IMG/VR virus record: IMGVR_UViG_3300045988_099631
Location: 1-64,000 of that record
Direction: 5' to 3' (one strand)
Length of the DNA stretch: 64,000 bases
Source of the DNA: a virus
Shown here: positions 9,949-19,725 of the stretch, in pieces
Layout of the letters: every line of letters starts with the position of its first letter
Numbering within the stretch: position 1 is the first letter of the stretch
Position numbers and translations under genes: made by a program
Notes under the pieces: model-generated
Databases searched by the model: none
Seen by the model: only the letters and a program-made list of their open reading frames with translations
What the model was told of the DNA's origin: nothing

Positions 9949-10530
9949 TTATGCGTAGACCGTGAAGGCCTGCACGTCAACGTACTCGAAGCTGGAAGTG
10001 GTTCCTTCAGTGAAGTTGCCAGTTCCAAGCAGTTTGAAGTACAGCGCACCATTGCCGGTCGGGGCGGAAGCTGCGGGCTTCAACTGGCCTGCATCAATGG
10101 TGAAGAATTGATTGGTGCTCAGTGCGGCATTGACGTTGCCAATACCGAAGCGGTACGCATGGTCGCCGTCGAAGACGATCTTGGTAAACGTACCATCGCG
10201 GCCGGCGGGAATGCCAAGGCCGAGTGTTTCCGTGCCAACGGCATACATGTTGCCATGCTTACCCTGAAGAAGCTGGATTTCGTAGGTATTCGCGGCATAT
10301 ACCACATCACCAGCTGTAGTGGTGGAAGTAGCGTCGTTCATGTACCACGCATTCTCATTCTTCACGCCGGTAAAACCGGCGCACGGAAGCTGGCCATTTC
10401 GGATGACCAGACGGCCGGCATCACAGTCCGCGTCAGCACTGGACGCCTGATATCTGCCGGTAACATTGATGAGGTCATTGCGGGAGTTGTTCGTCACGCG
10501 GGCCTCAAATGCAGTTTTTGCATTAAACAT
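9949..10530 (-). CDS. Head auxiliary/decoration protein (hypothetical)
   Basis: 193-aa ORF with GAGGAG RBS between the scaffold-like and capsid genes. Confidence 0.35.
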   Translation of the reverse strand: MFNAKTAFEARVTNNSRNDLINVTGRYQASSADADCDAGRLVIRNGQLPCAGFTGVKNENAWYMNDATSTTTAGDVVYAANTYEIQLLQGKHGNMYAVGTETLGLGIPAGRDGTFTKIVFDGDHAYRFGIGNVNAALSTNQFFTIDAGQLKPAASAPTGNGALYFKLLGTGNFTEGTTSSFEYVDVQAFTVYA

Positions 10531-10547
10531 TTCTGTTCACTCCTCTC

Positions 10548-11954
10548 TTACTTCGATGCAGCTTCGACGCCCCATTTGGCAAGCAGACCATTGATAGATC
10601 CATCGTCTTCGCCGCTGTTGTTCTTGAACTTGTCCCATGCGTAAACTGTTCTGTTTCTCTGAGCGGCTTCCGCATCCATCTTCTCGACAGCTGCACCGCA
10701 AACCGCGTAGACGGCCTTTGCAACCTCTGACTCACCAGTCCAGTTCTTGTCCTTGTCGCAGCTGTTCGTGTAGAGGCCAGCTTCGATATCGGTCAGAATG
10801 TTGTCGATGGCACTTTCAGCAACCTTCTGCTCACGGTTCGCATTGAACTTTGCGAGAGTCGCCTTTGCCTTGTCCTTGGCAGCATTCAGCCGACGCTTGT
10901 TTTCAAACTCACGCATGGCTTCGAGCTGCGCATTTGCAGTTTCAAGCTCCTTGTTCAGAGAATTAACCTTGCTTTCGGCTGCATTCAGACGGTCCGTGTT
11001 TTCCACGACGACCATATCCACGAAGTCCTGTGCCTCCATGGTGATGCAGTCTTCGCCCACCTGCATGGACGCATTGACAGACATGCTCTGGAAACGTTCA
11101 GGTACAATGGTTTCTGCGGAGTTCTCAATGACGTAGTATTTGTACGCGCCATTCTTCGCCATCAGGCAAACATAGACTTTTCCGTCCTTCTCGCCCGCCG
11201 CCAGAACCTTATAATCTGTAAAACGCGCCGCCAGTTCGGCAAGCTGTCTCTTGTTATAAGTTTTCAAATCTTTCACTCCTTTGTGTGATAGACTCCCGTT
11301 ATCCGGGGCATTGTTCTTATCCGGGGCCTTCTGCAAAGATGCCGCTTTGAGTTTCAATGTTTTAAATTCTTCATCCAATGCGGCAAGTCGAGCGATGTTG
11401 GCCCCCGGAATAGCCGGAGCAACGCCCGCTCCTAAGATCGTGACGCCAACCCCAGACCAGACATCCTCAACTTCGACATCTCCGTCCATGTGGTTTTCGT
11501 CTATCAAGGTTTCCACAGACACATCCATGCGCCCTGTTCGCACGATTTCATCTACGGTTTCCTTTGCATAGAAAGCGAAGAGTTTTCCACGCGCCACAAT
11601 CCAAGTCTGACCATCCCTCTTTTGGAGGGAGAAATCACGTTCATCATCTGACAGCGTTCCAACAATGCGTTCCGCCGTCCCATCCGTATAGGAGTTATAC
11701 TGTTCGCCTGTTCTTGGGTCAGTTTTGCGCTGGCTGTTGTGACCGTCGCCGATTTTTCCCATGACGTAGGCAATCAGGATTGGCCGTCCCACGAACGTCT
11801 TGTAGTATTTCTCCAGGTTCTGATAATTCCACCGGTTCTGGTTGACCCCTTCACGCATCAACCACAGTTCAACGCCAAACTCATACGGATTCAGCTTTTG
11901 AAGCACCTTGAGTTGACCGGTTGCAACTGGTCTTTTGATTTTCGTCAGCGGCAT
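10548..11954 (-). CDS. Capsid scaffolding protein (possibly protease-scaffold fusion)
   Basis: 468 aa. Globular N-terminal ~190 aa followed by a long Ala/Glu/Lys coiled-coil region (…ELETANAQLEAMREFENKRRLNAAKDKAKATLAKF…). Located between portal and capsid. Confidence 0.45.
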   Translation of the reverse strand: MPLTKIKRPVATGQLKVLQKLNPYEFGVELWLMREGVNQNRWNYQNLEKYYKTFVGRPILIAYVMGKIGDGHNSQRKTDPRTGEQYNSYTDGTAERIVGTLSDDERDFSLQKRDGQTWIVARGKLFAFYAKETVDEIVRTGRMDVSVETLIDENHMDGDVEVEDVWSGVGVTILGAGVAPAIPGANIARLAALDEEFKTLKLKAASLQKAPDKNNAPDNGSLSHKGVKDLKTYNKRQLAELAARFTDYKVLAAGEKDGKVYVCLMAKNGAYKYYVIENSAETIVPERFQSMSVNASMQVGEDCITMEAQDFVDMVVVENTDRLNAAESKVNSLNKELETANAQLEAMREFENKRRLNAAKDKAKATLAKFNANREQKVAESAIDNILTDIEAGLYTNSCDKDKNWTGESEVAKAVYAVCGAAVEKMDAEAAQRNRTVYAWDKFKNNSGEDDGSINGLLAKWGVEAASK

Positions 11955-11956
11955 TG

Positions 11957-12490
11957 TCAGTCACCCTCTTCCTCGAAGAGTTCTTCAATCCAGCCGTCAA
12001 AACTGGTCGCGCTCATCTCGTGTTCGGAGTACATCTGCCACGCATACAAGAACTTCTCGTAGCTTGCGCTGTTTTCCATTTGAAGGTTTTCAAATCCGCG
12101 TCCAAGCGGATAAAGACCGTTTTTATCGCAGATCTCGACACATTTGCGAAGCGCATCTTCGACTTTCTGGAGCATGTCAATGATGGATTCAAACACACCA
12201 TCCAGATTGTCAGGCCGTCCTTCGTACTCCGCAGTTGCTGGATAGATTTGCAGGATATGCCGCTGATGCAGCAGATCTCCGACTACATCGAATCGTTGAG
12301 GCTGAAGATGAGCCAATTTGTGGATGGCATTGGCCGTATTCGGCATTCCAAATTCAATCAGAACCCATTCTTTCAGCGTATCCAGTCCACGCGCAGCATC
12401 TTGATACGCGCCGGTTACTTCCTTCGCAGCATCTCGCACAGCGGCAAGCGCACCGTTCTCGAAGTCAAACCGTTCTTTCAGTCGAGCCAT
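11957..12490 (-). CDS. Hypothetical protein
   Basis: 177 aa from ATG 12490 (AAGGAGA RBS). The longer ORF start at 12595 would run through a terminator hairpin. Confidence 0.4.
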   Translation of the reverse strand: MARLKERFDFENGALAAVRDAAKEVTGAYQDAARGLDTLKEWVLIEFGMPNTANAIHKLAHLQPQRFDVVGDLLHQRHILQIYPATAEYEGRPDNLDGVFESIIDMLQKVEDALRKCVEICDKNGLYPLGRGFENLQMENSASYEKFLYAWQMYSEHEMSATSFDGWIEELFEEEGD

Positions 12491-12510
12491 TTCGTTGTCT
12501 CCTTCCTTGC

Positions 12511-12558
12511 AAAATAAAAGAGGGCTACCGGCACATTTCACTGTGTCGGTAGCCCTCT
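12511..12558 (-). terminator. Intrinsic terminator inside the morphogenesis operon
   Basis: Perfect 12-bp stem (AGAGGGCTACCG / CGGTAGCCCTCT), 16-nt loop, followed on the minus strand by TTTTATTTT. Confidence 0.55.
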
Positions 12559-12599
12559 TCGGCTCTTCTGCACCGCTCTTTCGGCGCAGGTACAATTTT

Positions 12600-12764
12600 T
12601 TATTTTTCCATTTTTTCCTGACTAATTGCCACTCGTTTCAGGACTTTCATGGTATCTTCCGTGATACGGTATCCGTCTTTTGTAAGCTGAATCTTCACAT
12701 CACTGCCATTATTAAGCGCCCTGTTGATAATGTGGAGGTCTTCTTTCTTTACAAATTCAGTCAT
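12600..12764 (-). CDS. Small hypothetical protein
   Basis: 54 aa from ATG 12764 (GGAGGT RBS), overlapping the portal stop. Confidence 0.35.
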   Translation of the reverse strand: MTEFVKKEDLHIINRALNNGSDVKIQLTKDGYRITEDTMKVLKRVAISQEKMEK

Positions 12765-14517
12765 TTGTACCTCCATACTGGTCAATCATGGTTTCACTTC
12801 CGTCTGTTGTGGCGTTTCCGTCACCTTTTGGACGACCGGGGCTTTTTGCTTCTGTAGTGGCTTTGCTTTTTGAATTACTCCCCATGTTATACGAAGCCAC
12901 AAGTGGGATACGCTTGTCGAGAATCCCGCTGTTATAGACAACATCAGACAGGCACATATCGTCCAGAACGGACCGGTCAAGCAGTGCATTATATACGATG
13001 GTATCCGGCAGAATGCCGTGCTCCATGCCATTCATGCACCGTTCGAGCATCTTTTCGTCTTCGGAGATATCCCCGAACATGACGAATTTCCAATCATACC
13101 GAGGGCCGAGTTTCTTGATGATAGCATTCATCATCCGCTCATAGTCGCGGTAGACTGTCTGCATAAATTTGCTTTCAATCTGAAGAGAGATCTGCGCGGT
13201 TCCAGCCTTTGGATCATCTCCAAGTGGAATGATTGCGCCCATGCCAGCCTGACTCATGGTGTCGCTGTATCCTTGCTTAACGATGTCCATGGCCGACGGA
13301 GCTTCCGACAGGCTTTCCAGTTTCATATTTGCAAACGGAGCCGCATACAGGCCGATTCCGCTTGTATTGTTCGTCTGCAGCATATCATACCAAATCGCTT
13401 CAAACAGAAGCCGACCGGCATTACTAAGTTTGTACTTGTCTTCTGCGGTCGCTTCTTTGTCATCTCTGTACGGGATTTCACCATGCAGAAGGCTGACCAA
13501 CGGGTTCTGAATCAGCTCCAACTGAATTTGCTCCATCTGAGCAAGTTGAATCATGTTGAGGAACAGTCCTGCAAACGGAGAAATTGCAGTCCGACTTACA
13601 TCGTCAGCTTCAAACGTAAATACTGCATCTGCTGGTAGGTAAACCCAATAGTACCAGCGCCCATTCTGATAATAGACATCTGGGGTTCCGGCCATATCGC
13701 CGCGCGCTTGGATGCGCTGGAATTGCTGCATATCAACGCGCGTTTTTTGCGCGAAGATCAGCGAAGTGCCAGTTCCCTTGGGCTTTTGCACGACGCTGCT
13801 GAAATCGTAAAGGTACGGCGTAAACAGATCACCGTATTGCTCCGGTACGCAGCCCGGCTGGAGGAAGTACATCATGTTAAATGCCACGGTGTACTTGGAA
13901 ATATTGTTGTATCCGGTGATTTTCGTCCAGTCACTGGGAAGCTGCTGCATGAATGCGTAGTTCACCTTGTTATGGCTCTTGTCTACGCTGTAGCGAGGAT
14001 AATAGAAGACCTTCCCTTCTATGCCAACTTGGCCTACGATCTGATGCGCAGTTTCCTTTGGTTTGAATTCCTCGCGCAGCTTTTCGAGCAGCTTCCATTC
14101 GCGCATGAACTCGTCCTTTTTGGTGTCGGCCGAGTCCGTCAGCTTCGGCATCACATAGTTGTGATACGTCAGCATTTCTTGGTAGACTTTGCGAATGTGG
14201 AAAAGCGGATACGCCGTATACTCCAGAATATGCGCCACTTGCCGAAGTGGCTGTTCGCTGTCATACGGCTTTGTGAGCATTTCTGCGACCTGATCTTTTG
14301 TAAAATCAGCCGGCAGCGATGAAATCTGCTTTACACGCCGGTTCTGAATGTACGGGTTCGCAAGACCATAGCGGCCAGAATTGATTCCGGCAAACGCGGA
14401 GGTAATACTGGACATCGGGATACCCTGATTTTCAGCCGCCATCTTACGGAACCGTTCAAAAATCTTCGGAAAAGAAGAATACTGTAGCTTATTGAGTTCG
14501 CTCGTCTCTATCGCCAT
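12757..14517 (-). CDS. Portal protein (candidate)
   Basis: 586-aa ORF lying one small gene downstream of the large terminase. Called from size and position. Confidence 0.55.
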   Translation of the reverse strand: MAIETSELNKLQYSSFPKIFERFRKMAAENQGIPMSSITSAFAGINSGRYGLANPYIQNRRVKQISSLPADFTKDQVAEMLTKPYDSEQPLRQVAHILEYTAYPLFHIRKVYQEMLTYHNYVMPKLTDSADTKKDEFMREWKLLEKLREEFKPKETAHQIVGQVGIEGKVFYYPRYSVDKSHNKVNYAFMQQLPSDWTKITGYNNISKYTVAFNMMYFLQPGCVPEQYGDLFTPYLYDFSSVVQKPKGTGTSLIFAQKTRVDMQQFQRIQARGDMAGTPDVYYQNGRWYYWVYLPADAVFTFEADDVSRTAISPFAGLFLNMIQLAQMEQIQLELIQNPLVSLLHGEIPYRDDKEATAEDKYKLSNAGRLLFEAIWYDMLQTNNTSGIGLYAAPFANMKLESLSEAPSAMDIVKQGYSDTMSQAGMGAIIPLGDDPKAGTAQISLQIESKFMQTVYRDYERMMNAIIKKLGPRYDWKFVMFGDISEDEKMLERCMNGMEHGILPDTIVYNALLDRSVLDDMCLSDVVYNSGILDKRIPLVASYNMGSNSKSKATTEAKSPGRPKGDGNATTDGSETMIDQYGGTND

Positions 14518-14869
14518 CTGTTATTTCCTCCCCGCCGGTCTTGATCTTCTCGCGCTCCGCCGCGAGGGCTGCCGAAAGTTGGTCAACCATTCGGCTCAGA
14601 TTTTCCATTGATTGCGTCTGGTTTTGCTCCATACGCTCCCGAAGCAGCGTTGCAGCGCAGATCATAATCCAATCGCTGTCGGCTTTCGTCAGCCGCTTTA
14701 CGTCCTCGCCGTTTATCTCAATGCTGCCTTTCGGCTGCTTGTCTGCCGTATAAATCAGGATATAGCCCGGTGCAATCCGGCTGAACCGTTCCATCATGGC
14801 GATTTCCACAGATTCCTGCGTTATGGTCAGCGCATAAAGCCGATATATTTTTTCCTGATTTTCCGCCAT
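14489..14869 (-). CDS. Hypothetical protein
   Basis: 126-aa ORF. TAATG overlap with the terminase stop. Confidence 0.35.
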   Translation of the reverse strand: MAENQEKIYRLYALTITQESVEIAMMERFSRIAPGYILIYTADKQPKGSIEINGEDVKRLTKADSDWIMICAATLLRERMEQNQTQSMENLSRMVDQLSAALAAEREKIKTGGEEITDGDRDERTQ

Positions 14870-16704
14870 TAAAAAATCCTTCCTCCGCGTCTTTGCGTCA
14901 CAAGCCTTGCGCCTGTGCTTCCTCCGGTAACGTTTTTTACGTTCCCCTTTGCCTTATACTTGGAAAGAAGCGCGTCCCAGTCGCTCTTTTTACGGACTTC
15001 GCTCAAGACGAGTTCTTTTTCCAGCTTTTGAGAAAGGCGCAAGCCGTACTTTATAGCAGACCAGCTGTCTCTTTGTATTGCGCGGGAAATGCGCTTCTCG
15101 CTGAATCCAGCGCCCGACGGGACAGCCTTCAGGTTTTGAATCTGTCCAGACAGTTCTCTGGTCTTTTGATATGGACGTGCAATCTGATAATCCAGATCAT
15201 CGTCCTTGATCTTATGAAGCCGCTTGTACGCCTCCACACCCTCACGAGTATTCATCGTAAGAAGCTGTACGTTGTGGTTATCGAACTGCGTCTGCGCGTA
15301 CCGGATCATTTCAACATCTGGGTCCGTCACGCCACTTCCGCCCGCCTTGATGGGATAAATGACCGGCAGCGCTCCATCCTGTTCCAAAGCCACATATTCG
15401 GTATGGTCTAAGATACACAGCGGCGGCAACCCATCACCGAGGTCTTTCATAAGGTCTTCAATGACCGCCTTGCCATACTGCCATCCGTCGATTGCAATAT
15501 AGGTGGTGTTGCCGCCATCAAAGCAAAACCGATACCAGACGTCTTTCAGTTTTCGCGCCTGTTTCATAGCGTTATCCGGTGGGGGCCAATCGTCCAGCCA
15601 CACCAGTTGCTTCAAGTATCTGTCCCTTTTCAGGAAATCATCTTGCTTCGTAAGCTTCCAAACGCCAACAGCGCATTTTGCGTTCTTTTTTGCGTCTTCA
15701 TAGGAAACGTCGTAGCAGACGATGTATATCACGTCTTTCGGGTCTGTTTTGTTTCCTGGGTATTTGCAGCAATGCTGCCGCTCCATAGATTGCAGGCAGC
15801 AGCTCTCAGAAAGGCTTTCGTCCGAGATAATGGGATATTCGTCCGCGCCGGTATATCGACTCTCCATCTCACGCATCCAGCGCTCCGGGGTCAGCTTCGA
15901 TCTCAGTTTCTGCGCCCAGGAATACGGACGCATCTGCTGCAAAACGACGCATTCCCAGCTCATGTCATAAGCGAACGCGCTTTCTCCGCGATACATTTCT
16001 TTAAGGGTATCGCATCGAACTTGGAACGACGGATGTTGTTTCCGTCCAGCACTTGTGATAGAGTGGTTTTTATATGAAACGAAGTTCTGATCTGGTTTTC
16101 CATCTACATTGTGCCGCAAACGGACTGCCGGCAGAACAATCGTTGAATACTCTGTAAAATCAAATGGTGGATTTTCTTCCTGCGCAAATTCTTCTGCCGT
16201 TACGTCGTGAATATTATCTCCACGAAATGCAGAGATGTAAAACGCACTTCCTAGGTCTGTTTCAATTTTAAAATCGTCTTTACTCTCTGCCGTAACGCGC
16301 CATCCTTTTGCCAAGGCTGGATAATCGTGTGCAATCTGTTTGAATTGCTTGCTTCCAATAAGTGCCATCTGTTTGTATGAAGGCCCATAATATGCGCTTT
16401 GCGTTCCCGGCCAAACCAAGCCATTTAACATGGCATACTTGAATTTTGTGCTTGTTTTTGTAATGCCGCGCGTTCCTGTAAATGCAACATCCGCGTTTCT
16501 CGCGTATGCGCGCATCATCATACGCTGCATGATTTCCTCATTCGCGTAATCCGCATATTCGTCACGAAATAGGTCGCATCCCTTGTCTGGATACCAGCGG
16601 ATTACCCAGATTAAGAATGCCCACCATTCGGACTCAAACGATGTATAATCGCGTTGTTCAACCTCTCGTTTTTGAATCCATCCGATGCCTAACCGGGCGA
16701 CCAA
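14869..16704 (-). CDS. terL: Terminase large subunit
   Basis: 611-aa ORF. Walker-A-like FTGTRGITKTS near the N-terminus. Position upstream of the portal-size gene. Confidence 0.7.
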   Translation of the reverse strand: MVARLGIGWIQKREVEQRDYTSFESEWWAFLIWVIRWYPDKGCDLFRDEYADYANEEIMQRMMMRAYARNADVAFTGTRGITKTSTKFKYAMLNGLVWPGTQSAYYGPSYKQMALIGSKQFKQIAHDYPALAKGWRVTAESKDDFKIETDLGSAFYISAFRGDNIHDVTAEEFAQEENPPFDFTEYSTIVLPAVRLRHNVDGKPDQNFVSYKNHSITSAGRKQHPSFQVRCDTLKEMYRGESAFAYDMSWECVVLQQMRPYSWAQKLRSKLTPERWMREMESRYTGADEYPIISDESLSESCCLQSMERQHCCKYPGNKTDPKDVIYIVCYDVSYEDAKKNAKCAVGVWKLTKQDDFLKRDRYLKQLVWLDDWPPPDNAMKQARKLKDVWYRFCFDGGNTTYIAIDGWQYGKAVIEDLMKDLGDGLPPLCILDHTEYVALEQDGALPVIYPIKAGGSGVTDPDVEMIRYAQTQFDNHNVQLLTMNTREGVEAYKRLHKIKDDDLDYQIARPYQKTRELSGQIQNLKAVPSGAGFSEKRISRAIQRDSWSAIKYGLRLSQKLEKELVLSEVRKKSDWDALLSKYKAKGNVKNVTGGSTGARLVTQRRGGRIF

Positions 16705-16741
16705 ATCTTGCCATATCTTCTAGCCACCCAACATCACCGTC

Positions 16742-17683
16742 CTATTTCTTGTCGCCTTTCACTGGGGGCATCCTTATAAGTCCCAGTTTGTCATATGCTT
16801 CTTTTTCCTGCTCATTTGGTTCTACCGCGAACTCTCCAAGTTCGTCGTGGATTCTCATTTCATCGGGAAGCATAGACAGTTCCGGCATTCCGTCGTTTTG
16901 CCGCATTCTGTTTTCGTTAATGAGAATCATTTGGTCTACTGCGTCTGCTGTGTAGGGATATCTAGGCTTTCTTCCAAAGAAATACTCAAACATTTCGTCA
17001 GGACTGCACTGCTTTCCGTTTTTCATCAGGCCAGCTTTTTCGAGTCTGTCTGTAATTTCATCCAGACGAACAATGTCGGCAGGCCGAACATCCTTCTTTC
17101 GAAGGTTTTCACTTGCGAGGTTTTCCTGAATCATGCCTGACAGTTTCTTCGCAGCGTCAAACTTTCCAGCGGCTGTCATGTCGTTCATCTGCTTCATCCA
17201 ACGTGCAACGTTCCGAAGAATAAGCTGCTGTTTTGCACTGATGGCATCTTCCCCACCGAAGTCTGATACGAGGGCTTCATAAATGCGATCAAATTCCGCA
17301 TAGTCTTCATTGGTATAGTCGGTTCCCCAGTCCTTCCGCTGCCTCACCGTGCCAGCTTTGGCCGACTGCGCATTCTTTTCTGCATAGACGGCCTTCGTGA
17401 ACTCTCCGTCTTTCAGGCCCTCGCCGAATATCTTCGTGATGTCGGTCAAGCCATCGAGGAAGCCGTAACGCTCGCCGCTCTTGCTGGCATCCAGTTTCTT
17501 GATATGGAGGTTATCGAGGTACGAAAGCCACTTGTCGCGCCCTTCATCGCGCGGAACGCAGTCGCGCGCAAACGGAACATCATACTTGACGCAGCAGTAG
17601 AAATATGCAAGACTTTCCGAGGTCTTTTTTGCAAGCTGCGCATAATATTCTTGCTGTTCCAGTTCGCTGACGTTTTCGCTCAT
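16742..17683 (-). CDS. Putative terminase small subunit / first late gene
   Basis: 313 aa from ATG 17683 (GGAGG RBS at 17688-17692). Directly upstream of terL. No motif proof. Confidence 0.4.
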   Translation of the reverse strand: MSENVSELEQQEYYAQLAKKTSESLAYFYCCVKYDVPFARDCVPRDEGRDKWLSYLDNLHIKKLDASKSGERYGFLDGLTDITKIFGEGLKDGEFTKAVYAEKNAQSAKAGTVRQRKDWGTDYTNEDYAEFDRIYEALVSDFGGEDAISAKQQLILRNVARWMKQMNDMTAAGKFDAAKKLSGMIQENLASENLRKKDVRPADIVRLDEITDRLEKAGLMKNGKQCSPDEMFEYFFGRKPRYPYTADAVDQMILINENRMRQNDGMPELSMLPDEMRIHDELGEFAVEPNEQEKEAYDKLGLIRMPPVKGDKK

Positions 17684-17692
17684 TTTACCTCC

Positions 17693-17751
17693 AAAAACGC
17701 AAAAAGCGCTGTCCCGATACCTTTCCCATAGGAAAAGCACCGGAACAGCGC
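17693..17751 (-). terminator. Promoter-proximal intrinsic terminator in the late leader
   Basis: 21-bp stem (17706-17726 / 17731-17751, 4 G-U pairs), CATA loop, then UUUUUGCGUUUUU on the minus strand, ending 5 nt before the RBS. Confidence 0.6.
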
Positions 17752-17777
17752 GTAAGCACCTCTGTTTATTTTGCTTA

Positions 17778-17806
17778 ATTATACCATATAATCAGCAAAA
17801 ATGCAA
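17778..17806 (-). promoter_or_regulatory. Sigma-70-type late promoter
   Basis: TTGCAT (17801-17806), 17-nt spacer, TGgTATAAT extended -10 (17778-17786) on the minus strand. Confidence 0.55.
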
Positions 17807-17827
17807 GAGAAGTTGCAAAAGTTTGTT

Positions 17828-18067
17828 TTAGGCTGTTTCAAACGCGGCCAAAATGGCCTTTACGGTTTCATCGTCAAGCGTTCCTATCTCCCCCGGATTG
17901 ACAGGTTCTGTGTTGTTATCCAAGGCATAGTCGATGTGTATGAACTCCATGACACGATGTTGTGTCCCCGCTTCCCCTGCATCCATTCTGGATGCAGTAA
18001 TGGGGGTGCTACACTCAAACTTGCAATCAGCAAGTTGGTTTACCGAAGTGGCTACTGTGTTTTTCAT
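17828..18067 (-). CDS. Small acidic hypothetical protein
   Basis: 79 aa from ATG 18067 (GGAGG RBS, ATGA overlap with the upstream stop). Last gene before the late promoter. Confidence 0.35.
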   Translation of the reverse strand: MKNTVATSVNQLADCKFECSTPITASRMDAGEAGTQHRVMEFIHIDYALDNNTEPVNPGEIGTLDDETVKAILAAFETA

Positions 18068-18507
18068 TGTGTTTCCTCCTTGTATCCAACGATGTCTTCT
18101 TCCGATATTCTCTCTGCGTAAATACGGTCCAGGAGTCTTGCGGGTGTTTGTATCCACCTTTCTCCGTCCCAACGTATGAACGAATAGTCTCCAGTTTGCG
18201 GTTTTATCTCAAATTGATTCATTTCCACATCAACATACCCACCGCAATACTCGCATTGGGCTTCCCATGGTGAGTGCGGCGCACCGCAGTTTGGGCAAAC
18301 CGTTCTGTGAAGAAGCTGCGCGGTTTTATCCGATAGCCCCTTTATCGGATAATCTTCGCCATCTAAGGTGAGTGTCCCAATCAGTTCGCCGATTTTCGCG
18401 TAAATCTCCTGTGGCTTTTCGTTCAGTGCATCGCGTTTCTTTTCAAGATCTCGGATGCGCCGTTCTGCGTTTGAGTAGAAGTCTTCAAATTTCTCGTCAT
18501 CGTCCAT
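18064..18507 (-). CDS. Zinc-ribbon protein (hypothetical)
   Basis: 147-aa ORF with CPNCG…CEYCG. Confidence 0.4.
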   Translation of the reverse strand: MDDDEKFEDFYSNAERRIRDLEKKRDALNEKPQEIYAKIGELIGTLTLDGEDYPIKGLSDKTAQLLHRTVCPNCGAPHSPWEAQCEYCGGYVDVEMNQFEIKPQTGDYSFIRWDGERWIQTPARLLDRIYAERISEEDIVGYKEETQ

Positions 18508-18898
18508 GAATTTCTAACCTCCCCGCGATATACGACACGCGCAAAGCAGTTGCCGTCAGCACGCCGATCTTTTCGTGTTTGCTGTCATTGCTCAGCACGT
18601 CTACCTCGAACATGACATCATATGTCCCATCACCGTTGTACTTCTGCGAAACGAATCTGTACTTGGTTCCTTCCAGTATCTCCGCGAAGTTGACTCCCGG
18701 CCCGATTTCCTTCAAAAAATCAAGTCTTTCTATCATCGGCTCCGCCCAATCGGAGAATTGCCGCATATGCTCAAGCGCTTCGTCCGCCTGCCGTGCAAAT
18801 TCTGACAGTTCCCATTCCCGTCGCTTGCTTTCAGCGTCCCTCTGGCGTTTCTTTTGCTTCCATCTGGCATCGAGCCATTGTTGGTTATGCTTCGCCAT
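18497..18898 (-). CDS. Hypothetical protein
   Basis: 133-aa ORF, overlapping coupling at both ends. Confidence 0.4.
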   Translation of the reverse strand: MAKHNQQWLDARWKQKKRQRDAESKRREWELSEFARQADEALEHMRQFSDWAEPMIERLDFLKEIGPGVNFAEILEGTKYRFVSQKYNGDGTYDVMFEVDVLSNDSKHEKIGVLTATALRVSYIAGRLEIHGR

Positions 18899-19199
18899 AC
18901 GGTTTCTCCATCCCGTCCGTCAGGATTTCAATCGCTTTTTGCGTTCTATACACAATTTCTTGGATTCTAGGATCTTGAAGTCGTCTCAAATCTGCAACAG
19001 CATTGGCATATCTCACAATGTCACCATGTTTTACAACGCCCGGAAGCATAAACACAGCATATTCCTCTCCACGCGCTTTAACGCGTTCCAAAATATTCTT
19101 GATGCACTTCTCGTCGATGTCAACGCCACACTGCTCCTCACATACGGAGCCTGTTATTGTGTTGCACACGAAAATAGTCTTAAATCCATCTTCTCTCAT
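18885..19199 (-). CDS. Hypothetical protein, paralog of 20841-21149
   Basis: 104 aa. Shares FVCNTITG…ID..CI.KI..R.KARG.EY.AF.LPG.VK…I…ANAV.D.RR.QD…AIEILT.GM with the 102-aa ORF. Confidence 0.45.
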   Translation of the reverse strand: MREDGFKTIFVCNTITGSVCEEQCGVDIDEKCIKNILERVKARGEEYAVFMLPGVVKHGDIVRYANAVADLRRLQDPRIQEIVYRTQKAIEILTDGMEKPYGEA

Positions 19200-19471
19200 T
19201 TGTTATACGTCCCCAGTACGCCGCGCGCTGCCTCCTGCATTTCTGCAAGTCTATAAGAAATCTTTTCGAGTGCGTTGCTGGCGAGTTGACCAAATGGTAC
19301 AGAAACCGTGTCAAATTGCTCCGGTAATAGTCTCATAGCAAGCTGTAGTCCGCAAAAGGCTCCGATGCGGAATCCAGCAGGTAGTTGCTCATCTTTCAAA
19401 TTTATATCGGCAATAACGTCGAGGTTTTTCCGATAATCTTCAATAGTCATTTCAAAGTTTCCTCCGTCCAC
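19196..19471 (-). CDS. Hypothetical protein
   Basis: 91 aa. The C-terminal RGVLGTYNK is identical to the end of ORF 21146-21505. Confidence 0.4.
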   Translation of the reverse strand: MDGGNFEMTIEDYRKNLDVIADINLKDEQLPAGFRIGAFCGLQLAMRLLPEQFDTVSVPFGQLASNALEKISYRLAEMQEAARGVLGTYNK

Positions 19472-19710
19472 GGGCCGATCTTCGTGAACTCCCTGTACTG
19501 GTCCCCAAAGAAACGCCTCGTCACGCCATTCTCGAACTGGATTTCCGCGCCTAATTTCCTTCCATTTTGGGGGCTTATGCGATACACGCTTCCCTGCATG
19601 ATCCCATAGCCGAGTGTACGGTGCTTCACAATGGTATTCATCTTGACAGTTTTCCAGTTGAATTCACACGGCTCCTCTTCAAACTGCTCCGGCAGCAGTG
19701 CTTCCACCAT
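19447..19710 (-). CDS. Hypothetical protein
   Basis: 87 aa from ATG 19710. Confidence 0.35.
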   Translation of the reverse strand: MVEALLPEQFEEEPCEFNWKTVKMNTIVKHRTLGYGIMQGSVYRISPQNGRKLGAEIQFENGVTRRFFGDQYREFTKIGPWTEETLK

Positions 19711-19725
19711 ACGCACCGACGTTGT

